In this document: positions 22,974 to 30,262 of the stretch, in pieces
Position numbering within the stretch: position 1 is the stretch's first letter
Layout of the letters: each line of letters starts with the position of its first letter
Origin: Pyrolobus fumarii 1A
GTDB taxonomy: Archaea; Thermoproteota; Thermoprotei_A; Sulfolobales; Pyrodictiaceae
DNA: 32,000 bases
Direction of reading: 5' to 3'
Assembly (NCBI RefSeq): GCF_000223395.1
Contig: NC_015931.1
Location: 660,001 to 692,000 of the forward strand
The notes under the pieces: model-generated
What the model was told of the DNA's origin: nothing
The model's database searches: none
The model's input: the letters and a program-made list of their open reading frames with translations, nothing else
Program-made: the position numbers and the translations under genes

Positions 22974-24515
22974 ATGGTATCGACTAGGGCTGTGCTTGTT
23001 GCGGCTGCGCTCCTGGCTGCCCTACTCGTGACTGTCGCTGCACCTATGCTGGAGGCGAGTAGCGTTGACGAGAGAGCGAAGCTCGAAGCGAAGGCTAGGG
23101 CTGCCCAGCTACTGCTAGAGAGGCTGTCCGAGTCGGTGAAGCTACCTGACGAGCTGCGAGATAAGATAGATGCTATACTTGCCGTTAACGTGTCAGAGGC
23201 TAACACCACTACGCTGGAGTGGATTGTCTCAGAAGCGCATAGGGTGTTCACAGAGGTACGCCAGTTGCTCAACACTACTGGCGAAGAGGCGGGCGTCGTC
23301 CTCGAGAGGTTGAAGACTGTTGTACTGGAGAGGCTCGAGATGATCTCAGAGAGGCTGGGCATTAGAATACCAGACGACGTGAAGGCTAGGATCGTCAAGG
23401 CGAGTAGCCTAGAGGAGCTTTTCGAGGCTACAACCGAGGCTCATGAAGAGATACTGGAGGCTGCTGCCGAACACGCGCTTAATGCGACTGTAGAGGTGCT
23501 TGAGGGCACTCGTGTAGAGGAGAAGGCGCTGAGAGCAACGTACCGTGTCGTTAGCAAGGCTGTTGCGGTGCTCGAGAGAGTGTATAAGCTGTTAGAGGAG
23601 CGTGGCGCGTCACCTGAGGCGATCGAGGCTGTTCGTACCGCTCTACAACACCTCATCAAGGCTAAGGAGGCTCTCGCCAATGTAACTATCAATGCGACTG
23701 GCGGGGCGCTCAACGAGACTAGACTCGCTGAGAGAATACTAGAGGAGATAGGCGAGCTGCGCGACGAGCTTCACGAGCTTAAGGATAGGTACCCGAATGT
23801 GACAGCCATAGATAGGCTACTTGAGAGGCTGGATAGGCTCGAGAAGAGCGTGTTAGAGAAGGGTGTGACTGCTGCAACACTAGCCGAGCTCAGAGAGATC
23901 AAGGTTAAGGTGAAGCTGCTGGAGAGGACGCTTGACCGGATAGACGAGCTTAGAGAGGAGATTAGCGAGCTTCGAGCAAAGATTGAGGAGCTTCGAGCAA
24001 AGCTGAACGCAACCGATGCTCCGGAGAGGTACCGCGCTAGGATACAACAACTACTCGATCATGCCGAGCATCTCCTAATGAAAGCTGAGGATGAGCTAGA
24101 GCGAGGTGCCGTACTTGCCGCTGCCGAGCTTATAGGCAGGGCGAGAGAGGCGTTGAAGCTCGCTGAGAAGCTTCTTGAGAAGGTAGAGAGGATTAGTGAG
24201 GAGCTGGACGAGCTGCGCAAAGAGCTTGAGGAGCTACAGGCTAAGCTTCAGGATATACGTGCTAAGCTGGAGCAGGTTATAGACGAGGTGCCCGAGCGTG
24301 TTGCCAAGATGCTTGAAAGAATGCTATCCAAGGCGGAATCTATGCTCGGCGACGCCCAGAGGCTTATCGAGGAGGGTAAGGCCGTTGAGGCTAAGAAGCT
24401 GTTAGCGGCTGCTCATAGGCTAGTAGATCGCCTAGAGGATGCTCTCGACCACGCCCTCAACCATATAGAGCATCACAAGGAACATCATGAGGAGCACCAC
24501 AAGGAGCACGACTAA
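22974..24515 (+). CDS. secreted or N-terminally anchored coiled-coil glycoprotein with a C-terminal His-rich tail
   Basis: ATG 22974 is preceded by GGAGGTGGAGGAT. N-terminal AVLVAAALLAALLVTVAAP, then about 480 aa of E/L/R/K/A-rich heptad-like helix with nine N-x-S/T sequons. Ends HALNHIEHHKEHHEEHHKEHD. The ORF-track GTG at 22884 adds 30 non-hydrophobic residues before the signal-like helix, so I disfavour it. Confidence 0.8.
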   Translation: MVSTRAVLVAAALLAALLVTVAAPMLEASSVDERAKLEAKARAAQLLLERLSESVKLPDELRDKIDAILAVNVSEANTTTLEWIVSEAHRVFTEVRQLLNTTGEEAGVVLERLKTVVLERLEMISERLGIRIPDDVKARIVKASSLEELFEATTEAHEEILEAAAEHALNATVEVLEGTRVEEKALRATYRVVSKAVAVLERVYKLLEERGASPEAIEAVRTALQHLIKAKEALANVTINATGGALNETRLAERILEEIGELRDELHELKDRYPNVTAIDRLLERLDRLEKSVLEKGVTAATLAELREIKVKVKLLERTLDRIDELREEISELRAKIEELRAKLNATDAPERYRARIQQLLDHAEHLLMKAEDELERGAVLAAAELIGRAREALKLAEKLLEKVERISEELDELRKELEELQAKLQDIRAKLEQVIDEVPERVAKMLERMLSKAESMLGDAQRLIEEGKAVEAKKLLAAAHRLVDRLEDALDHALNHIEHHKEHHEEHHKEHD

Positions 24516-24572
24516 CAACACTCTTAGAATCTCGAGACGAGCTTGCTTCCCGTGTCTCTCGCGCCTAGCCAG

Positions 24573-24577
24573 TTTTT
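24573..24577 (+). terminator. T5 tract after the coiled-coil gene
   Basis: CCAGTTTTTAATAG lies 58 nt after the stop, preceded by the short inverted repeat GAGAC...GTCTC. Confidence 0.4.
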
Positions 24578-24617
24578 AATAGCCTAAGCCGAGACCCACA
24601 TTCCAACATTACTCCGT

Positions 24618-24644
24618 TTGTCACTATCATGTTCTAATTGTCAC
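24618..24644 (+). promoter_or_regulatory. direct repeat TTGTCAC (x2, 20-nt period) immediately upstream of the lysW TATA box; candidate operator
   Basis: TTGTCAC occurs at 24618-24624 and at 24638-24644. The TATA box follows at 24653-24660. Confidence 0.3.
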
Positions 24645-24652
24645 ACGCCCCG

Positions 24653-24660
24653 TATAAATT
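24653..24660 (+). promoter_or_regulatory. candidate TATA box of lysW-lysX
   Basis: TATAAATT lies about 36-43 nt upstream of the lysW GTG at 24696. Confidence 0.5.
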
Positions 24661-24695
24661 GGGGGACCTGGAGGAAGCGTTGCCGGTGACCCCGC

Positions 24696-24869
24696 GTGGC
24701 CAAGAAGGCTGTCTGCCCAATATGCGGTGGCGATGTTGAACTACCCGATAACGTAATGGATGGCGAGATCGTGGAGCACGACTGTGGGGCAATGCTAGTC
24801 GTGAGGATCCGGGATGGCAATGTTGTTCTAGAGCAGTTGGAGCGCGTTGAGGAGGACTGGGGAGAGTAG
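24696..24869 (+). CDS. lysW: amino-group carrier protein LysW (alpha-aminoadipate/glutamate carrier)
   Basis: Not in the ORF track (57 aa). Hand translation from GTG 24696 gives (M)AKKAVCPICGGDVELPDNVMDGEIVEHDCGAMLVVRIRDGNVVLEQLERVEEDWGE. This has the Zn-ribbon CPxCG...C and the hallmark C-terminal EDWGE. An in-frame TGA at 24687 fixes the start. It is 5 nt upstream of lysX. Confidence 0.9.
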   Translation: MAKKAVCPICGGDVELPDNVMDGEIVEHDCGAMLVVRIRDGNVVLEQLERVEEDWGE

Positions 24870-24874
24870 AGGCT

Positions 24875-25729
24875 ATGCGCATAGCAATCGTTTATGACCA
24901 TCCGCGTGTTGAGGAGAAGAGGTTAGCTGAGGAAGCGAGGAAGCTTGGTCACGAACCTGTCCTCTTTAATATTGACTCGTTGCTCTTTCGCCTTGATAGC
25001 CTGGAGCGCATTCTAGGCGATGTTGATGTAGTACTTCAGAGGGCGGTGAGTTACTTCAAGGCTCTCGAGTCTACAAGGATACTCGAGGCTGCCGGCTACA
25101 CTGTCATCAACAATAGTTTAGTGCAGCTTAACTGCGGCGACAAACTATTGACAACGATCTTGCTTGCTAAGCATGGTGTGCCAACACCGCGTGCATACGC
25201 TGCTTTTTCGCGTGACACTGCTGTGCGGGCTGCAGAGGAGCTTGGATACCCCGTTGTTGTCAAGCCCGTCATTGGTAGTTGGGGTAGGCTTGTGGCTAGG
25301 GCTGATTCCAGGGAGAGTCTAGAGGCTGTGATAGAGCATAGAGAGGTTCTCGGCCCGGCTTACTACAAGGTTCATTATGTGCAAGAGTATGTGCGCAAGC
25401 CTCTACGTGACATACGCGTATTCGTGATTGGTGATGAGGTTCCCGTGGCGATATACAGGGTTAACGAGCGTCATTGGAAGACTAACACGGCACTAGGCGC
25501 CAAGGCCGAGCCTGCGCCAGTGACCCCCGAGTTACGTGAGTTAGCGCTTCGCGCGGCCAAGGCTGTGGGTGGCGGTGTGCTTGGTATAGATGTGTTTGAA
25601 GACCCGGAGAGAGGCCTCCTCGTGAACGAGATTAACGCGAACTCGGACTTCAAGAACACTGAGAGGGTGACCGGGTTTAACATGGCTAGGGCTATCGTCG
25701 AGTATGCAGTGTCGGTCGCGAAGAGGTGA
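24875..25729 (+). CDS. lysX: LysX/ArgX-type ATP-grasp ligase (alpha-aminoadipate--LysW ligase, RimK family)
   Basis: 284 aa, collinear with Thermus LysX as remembered: CGDK, GYPVVVKPVIGSWGRL, YVQEYVRKPLRDIRVFVIGDE, HWKTNTALGAKAEP, GIDVFEDPERGLLVNEIN. Confidence 0.92.
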   Translation: MRIAIVYDHPRVEEKRLAEEARKLGHEPVLFNIDSLLFRLDSLERILGDVDVVLQRAVSYFKALESTRILEAAGYTVINNSLVQLNCGDKLLTTILLAKHGVPTPRAYAAFSRDTAVRAAEELGYPVVVKPVIGSWGRLVARADSRESLEAVIEHREVLGPAYYKVHYVQEYVRKPLRDIRVFVIGDEVPVAIYRVNERHWKTNTALGAKAEPAPVTPELRELALRAAKAVGGGVLGIDVFEDPERGLLVNEINANSDFKNTERVTGFNMARAIVEYAVSVAKR

Positions 25730-25734
25730 ATGGA

Positions 25735-26019
25735 ATGGATAGGGTAGAGGTGCTTCTGGATGAGGCTAGGCGTGGCGCTATAGAGGGTGACGCTCGCCGC
25801 GCATGTGAAGCGGCATTAAGGCTGGTTGACGTTGTGCTCCGCGAGGGGCCTAGGGTTGCACAGGAGTCTGGGCGTGGGATTGAACCCGGTGATGTACTAC
25901 TAGCTGAGGCTCTGAGCTTGAGAGCAGAGCAGGTGAAGGAGGAGCCCAAGGCGGACGAGTGTCTGGAGCTCGCAGAGGCTGCATTCCGCCTCTATAAGCG
26001 GCTCCAGGGGATGGAGTAG
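25735..26019 (+). CDS. small all-helical hypothetical protein
   Basis: 94 aa from ATG 25735, with GAGGTGA 6 nt upstream inside the lysX stop region. MDRVEVLLDEARRGAIEGDARRACEAALRLVD... has faint PaREP1/HEPN-like helical character only. Confidence 0.5.
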   Translation: MDRVEVLLDEARRGAIEGDARRACEAALRLVDVVLREGPRVAQESGRGIEPGDVLLAEALSLRAEQVKEEPKADECLELAEAAFRLYKRLQGME

Positions 26020-26123
26020 AGTTCGCAGTGTGTTGCCCGTTTTAGCCTCTGCCTTACTTTCTACTCGCGTGAGGCGAGTGTCCCTTGACACGTTGCTGGC
26101 GCGAGCTGAGAAACGACCTCGAG

Positions 26124-26987
26124 ATGATACCCGAGATCGTCGAGAAGCAGATCGAGGAGACGATAGTGCCGGAGGGTCTTGGCGAGCAACGACTTGTGTT
26201 CATTGGCAGCGGTGATTCTTTCGCGGCCGCACTTGTAGCCGAGCATGCCGGCATAGGCGTCGCACGCGATCCTCTTGATGTGCTAGTGGCTGGCGTTGAT
26301 GGGCCTGGCGACGCTATACTCCTAAGCGTTGGTGGGCGCTCAAAACGAGTTGTTGACGCGGCTCGTTTCCTGTCTTCACGTGGCTTTCGTATCATAGCGG
26401 TCACGGGTAACGAGAGGAGTCCTCTCGCACGCACAGCACACGTTACCGTGAAGCTCGTCTATTCTGACCTCGCCTGTGGCATGGGCGCCGCACGCCATGT
26501 CGCTATGCTTGCAGCGCTCTCCGCATTGTTCAACGCTAGACCTCGTATACCCGAGAAGCTTGTTGAGGAGCCCCTGCCTTTCGACCCTCAGGCTGTGTAC
26601 GCGGGTGTGGGCGTTGGTGTAGCCTCTGCCCTGTTCATGGTGTTGAAGATCTGCGAGTTGCTCGCAGACTGCGCCACCTGGTGGCATCTAGAGCAGTTCG
26701 CACACGCACCTGTCTATGGCACGAGAAGCAATATACTCGTCGTGTATCCCGATCCTCGTTGTGAGAGGAGCACGCTAGAGGAGTATCTCTCGGCCTTCCG
26801 GGAGGCCGGGTTTGAGGTCACCACTGTACCCGTGTTGAACGACCCTTGGTCTACAGCTATTCTCCACGCTACGCTGGCCATCTCCAGTGCTGCAGAGACC
26901 GCCTTCAGTCGCGGCATTGAGGAGCCGGGATATCGTGCACATCCCGCGCTTAGCAGGCTAACCAGGCTGATCTACCTAGAGGAGTAG
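26124..26987 (+). CDS. SIS (sugar isomerase/phosphosugar-binding) domain protein
   Basis: LVFIGSGDSFAAALVAEHAG and IIAVTGNERSPLARTAHVTV are SIS-domain signatures. I prefer ATG 26124 (MIPEIVEKQ) to the ORF-track start at 26085. Confidence 0.7.
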   Translation: MIPEIVEKQIEETIVPEGLGEQRLVFIGSGDSFAAALVAEHAGIGVARDPLDVLVAGVDGPGDAILLSVGGRSKRVVDAARFLSSRGFRIIAVTGNERSPLARTAHVTVKLVYSDLACGMGAARHVAMLAALSALFNARPRIPEKLVEEPLPFDPQAVYAGVGVGVASALFMVLKICELLADCATWWHLEQFAHAPVYGTRSNILVVYPDPRCERSTLEEYLSAFREAGFEVTTVPVLNDPWSTAILHATLAISSAAETAFSRGIEEPGYRAHPALSRLTRLIYLEE

Positions 26988-27631
26988 AACCTCTCGAGGA
27001 CCGGTATGTAGTGGTCTAGAGGCTTCCCGTCATGGTGTATCGCGAGGCCTATTCCTGCTCTCCTCGCGCCTTCCACGTTGGGCTCATAATCATCTATGAA
27101 TGCTGTTTTCGCTGGGTCCGCGCGAAGGAGTTGCATCGCCGCCTCGTATATCTTTGTGTGTGGCTTGCAAAAGCCGACAATATCGCTCGTAACCACCGTA
27201 TCCACGAGGTGGGCTAGATCGTCACGCTCTAGAAGTAGACGTACGCATTCGTAGCACCAGTTGTTCGAGACTATGCCGACCAGTATCCCGTTTCTCTTGG
27301 CCCATCTTAGCAGCTCGTATGTACCCGGTGCTACGTATACGCCAGACAGCACAGCTGATTGCAATACCCTTGCTAATGCCTCTGCCCTTGAGGGGGTCGG
27401 CGTCAAGCCGTGTTCTGCGAGGAGCACGGCAGCCGCATACACTATACTTTGTTGCACGGAGACATCCAGCCTCCACGTGTCCATTACACGCCTCACGCTA
27501 TCCGGCGTCGCGTCGGCCCCTAGGGCACGTAGATGTCTGGCAGCAGTCTCGTAGAGAGTCTCCTCGTACCACTCATTTGTGAGGTAAATGACGCCACCTA
27601 AATCCAGCAGGAGTGTAGGGTTACGCGGCAA
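26972..27631 (-). CDS. HAD-superfamily hydrolase, subfamily IA-like
   Basis: 219 aa with motif [11 protein letters not shown], motif II IVSNN, motif [11 protein letters not shown] and motif IV FIDD. Converges on the SIS gene with a 16-nt overlap. Confidence 0.8.
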   Translation of the reverse strand: MPRNPTLLLDLGGVIYLTNEWYEETLYETAARHLRALGADATPDSVRRVMDTWRLDVSVQQSIVYAAAVLLAEHGLTPTPSRAEALARVLQSAVLSGVYVAPGTYELLRWAKRNGILVGIVSNNWCYECVRLLLERDDLAHLVDTVVTSDIVGFCKPHTKIYEAAMQLLRADPAKTAFIDDYEPNVEGARRAGIGLAIHHDGKPLDHYIPVLERFYSSR

Positions 27632-28133
27632 GGCGCCTCCTCATGTATTCGAGGAGGCCGCCCGTTGCCAGAATTTCAGCTACAACACCCCGGAAGGGCG
27701 GGAAACGGTACGTCAACACCCTACCATCCTTCTTGATGAGCTTCGCTACACCCTCGTCAAGGTTTATCTCTATCTCGTCGCCCTCCTCGGCCGCCTCCAC
27801 GAGCTCTGGGAGCACTATAACGGGGAGCCCGTTGTTAATCGCGTTACGGTAGAATATTCTCGAGAAGCTCTTCGCTATGATGGCCTTGACGCCTGCAGCC
27901 TTGAGAGCTATCGCGGCTTGCTCCCTGCTACTACCCATACCAAAGTTCCTACCCGCGACCAGCACTACACCCTTGGACGCCTTCTTGGGGAACTCCGGAT
28001 CCAGAGGCTCCATAGCATGCTCGGCAAGCTTCTCCGGCTCAGTATATACCAGGTAGCGGGCAGGGATAATCACGTCGGTGTCGATGTCATCGCCGTACTT
28101 GAGCACAGGGCCCTTCACGACACCCAGCTTCAA
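27621..28133 (-). CDS. leuD: 3-isopropylmalate/homoaconitate dehydratase small subunit (archaeal short LeuD type)
   Basis: 170 aa with [18 protein letters not shown] and [48 protein letters not shown] start preceded by GGTGA. Its stop overlaps the HAD start by 11 nt. Confidence 0.9.
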   Translation of the reverse strand: MKLGVVKGPVLKYGDDIDTDVIIPARYLVYTEPEKLAEHAMEPLDPEFPKKASKGVVLVAGRNFGMGSSREQAAIALKAAGVKAIIAKSFSRIFYRNAINNGLPVIVLPELVEAAEEGDEIEINLDEGVAKLIKKDGRVLTYRFPPFRGVVAEILATGGLLEYMRRRLAA

Positions 28134-28170
28134 GAGAGGTTCACCACACGTCTGGCCTCGCTATCCCAGG

Positions 28171-28179
28171 CTATAATCC
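28171..28179 (-). promoter_or_regulatory. candidate TATA box for leuD
   Basis: Minus strand reads TGGATTATAG about 38-46 nt upstream of the leuD TTG, in the 52-nt spacer after the fdhA-like stop. Confidence 0.35.
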
Positions 28180-28185
28180 AGCTGT

Positions 28186-30252
28186 CTACTCGGCCAGCTT
28201 CACCCACACACTCTTCAACTCCATTATCCTTGTAGCGCAATCTATCCTTCTGGGTAGCACAGCGTTAAGCCCATAGTGCCAAGGCGCCACAATGATGCCC
28301 TCCGGCACATTCTCGTCGGGTATCAGCCGGAGGCGTATGGCCCCTCTCTCCGTCTCGAGCCTAGCGTGACCGGCGCCAGCCTCCTTAGGGTTGACTCGTG
28401 CGTATAGCTCGCCGCTCACATCTAGCATCGCGTTTGTACAGTAGCTCACCGGGTCTCTTGCAGTCACGAGCACCTTCCTATCACCATCGGGCACGACCGG
28501 CTCGACCGGCGGGTATAGACGGACGCGTATCCTCGAGACACGCCTGGGCAGGAGGTACTCGCCTCTCTCCGCAACCGCCTTGGAGAAGCCACGGTAGCGT
28601 GGGACGAGCCTCTCTATCTCCGGGTGAACCTCTCGCGGATTACTCCACGGTATCTTCTCGCCTACACCCAGGCGCTCAGCCAGACTCTTGATTATCACTA
28701 GGTCGGGTTTAGACTCGGCGGGCGGCTCTCTAACCGCGCTACTCCACTGTACACGACCTTCCGTGTTGGTCGCAGAGCCCTCCTTCTCACCCCACGCTGC
28801 CGCTGGCAACACAACATCCGCCAACTCTGCAGTCTCGCTACGAACCACATCAACCACGATGAGCGCGTCTAGCTTTGATAGCTGCTCCACGCCACTCGGG
28901 TGCGAAGCACCACTATTCTCGGCGAATATGACCATTGCTCTAACGCGGCGCCCAGCCTCCTCGAGCATCATTGTCTCGGGTAGGCCGCTGGACTCGGGGA
29001 GCTTCACACCCCAAGCTTCTTCGAATATCTTGCGCACCTCTGGGTCATCCACACGTTGGTAGCCAGGGAGGAACTCTGGCAACACACCCATGTCGTTAAC
29101 GCCCTGGACGTTAGCTTGGCCGCGCACCCCTCCGACCACACACCCTCTTCTCCAAAGCCAGCCTCGTAACGCTGCTATCGTGACAGCCCAGCTGATAGCT
29201 GGGCGAGGCTCTACGTGTTGCGTTAGCCCCATACCCCAGAGCACACTGCCCCTCTCGACGTCAAGAAGCCTGGCAGCTTCCTCTACGAGAGCCGGGTCGC
29301 TCCCAGCAGCCCTGGCCGTGGCCTCGGGGTCTATCTCGGCTAGCGACGCTAGCACCTCATCCAAGTTCTCTATGTTCTCCTTCGCTTCCGGCGCGATACC
29401 CCGATCCGCAAGCACTCTTGCAAGCGCGGCGAGCAGTAACGAGTCACCACGCGGGTAGACACGTAGCCATACGTGCGCTGCTCTCGCTGTTTCACTCCTC
29501 CACACGTCAACCGCTACAAGCTTCGCCCCTCTCCTAACCGCGCCTAGGACATAGCGTGCGAAGAGGACCGGAGCGGTTACCGCCCCGTTCCAACCGACTA
29601 CTAGGATAGCCTGGCTATCCAGCATCTCTGAGAGCGGCGCCGTGAGACCACCAAACCCGAGTGTCTCTACGAGTACCGACAGGGTGGGGAAGTGGCAGAG
29701 CCGAGAGCATGTATCTACGTGGGGACTGCCTAGCATCCGTGCAAGCTTTTGGAGCGCGAAAGCCTCCTCGTTGAACAGTTTAGACCCGCCTATGAAGCCT
29801 ACCGCATCCCACCCGCCATGAGCGGCTACAACGTCGCGTAACAGCTTCGCGGCTTTTTCTAGCGCCTCGCTCCACGATGCCTCACGTAGCTCGGAGCCTA
29901 CCCTGACAAGCGGCCTTCGCAGCCGCCTCTTGCTCTCCAGGTAGCCACTTGCTATGGAGCGCCCGCGTGCGCATAGCATCCCACCAGATACTCCATTCGC
30001 TCCCACCGCGTTGCTATCAACGAGTTTCAGTTTGCACCCTACACCACAGTAAGGACAGACGATGCTAGCCTCCAAATCGCTAGCCCCGGCGGCCCTCCCC
30101 GTGAACGGGTTATGAGGCTCGCCTTCACCCGTACCTGACTCGTGTGGCTCGTGTATAGGCGGGCCGCATAAACCGGGTTTACCCGGCCGCGTTAACAAAC
30201 ACTGGGCGAAATAGTTGCCCAAGGTTGATGCCGGCTGGCTCCTAGTGCCCAT
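28186..30252 (-). CDS. fdhA: molybdopterin oxidoreductase, formate dehydrogenase alpha (FdhF/FdhA)-like, Cys type; 5' end uncertain
   Basis: N-terminal 4Fe-4S motif CPYCGVGCKLK...MLCARGR, Mo-ligand region HVDTCSRLCHFPT (Cys-His as in FDHs), RGQANVQGVNDMG, and a C-terminal MGD-binding domain. The 834-aa ORF-track version has a 150-200-aa S/T/P-rich N-terminus that looks like antisense read-through. Plausible starts are ATG 30252 or TTG 30075 (MEASIVCPYCG). Confidence 0.85.
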   Translation of the reverse strand: MGTRSQPASTLGNYFAQCLLTRPGKPGLCGPPIHEPHESGTGEGEPHNPFTGRAAGASDLEASIVCPYCGVGCKLKLVDSNAVGANGVSGGMLCARGRSIASGYLESKRRLRRPLVRVGSELREASWSEALEKAAKLLRDVVAAHGGWDAVGFIGGSKLFNEEAFALQKLARMLGSPHVDTCSRLCHFPTLSVLVETLGFGGLTAPLSEMLDSQAILVVGWNGAVTAPVLFARYVLGAVRRGAKLVAVDVWRSETARAAHVWLRVYPRGDSLLLAALARVLADRGIAPEAKENIENLDEVLASLAEIDPEATARAAGSDPALVEEAARLLDVERGSVLWGMGLTQHVEPRPAISWAVTIAALRGWLWRRGCVVGGVRGQANVQGVNDMGVLPEFLPGYQRVDDPEVRKIFEEAWGVKLPESSGLPETMMLEEAGRRVRAMVIFAENSGASHPSGVEQLSKLDALIVVDVVRSETAELADVVLPAAAWGEKEGSATNTEGRVQWSSAVREPPAESKPDLVIIKSLAERLGVGEKIPWSNPREVHPEIERLVPRYRGFSKAVAERGEYLLPRRVSRIRVRLYPPVEPVVPDGDRKVLVTARDPVSYCTNAMLDVSGELYARVNPKEAGAGHARLETERGAIRLRLIPDENVPEGIIVAPWHYGLNAVLPRRIDCATRIMELKSVWVKLAE

Positions 30253-30262
30253 AGAGGAGTTG

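Noticed and set aside
22652-23398. 248-aa minus-strand ORF, very Ser/Thr/Ala-rich, overlapping the wHTH and coiled-coil genes. Similar long antisense ORFs occur at 240-620, 2553-2942, 10473-10877, 11430-11987, 12707-13150, 14990-15412, 15443-15868, 17710-18231 and 28688-29458.
   Set aside because: These are low-complexity translations opposite strongly supported genes. GAG/CTC-rich coding strands keep the antisense frame open, so they are typical shadow ORFs of G+C-rich DNA.
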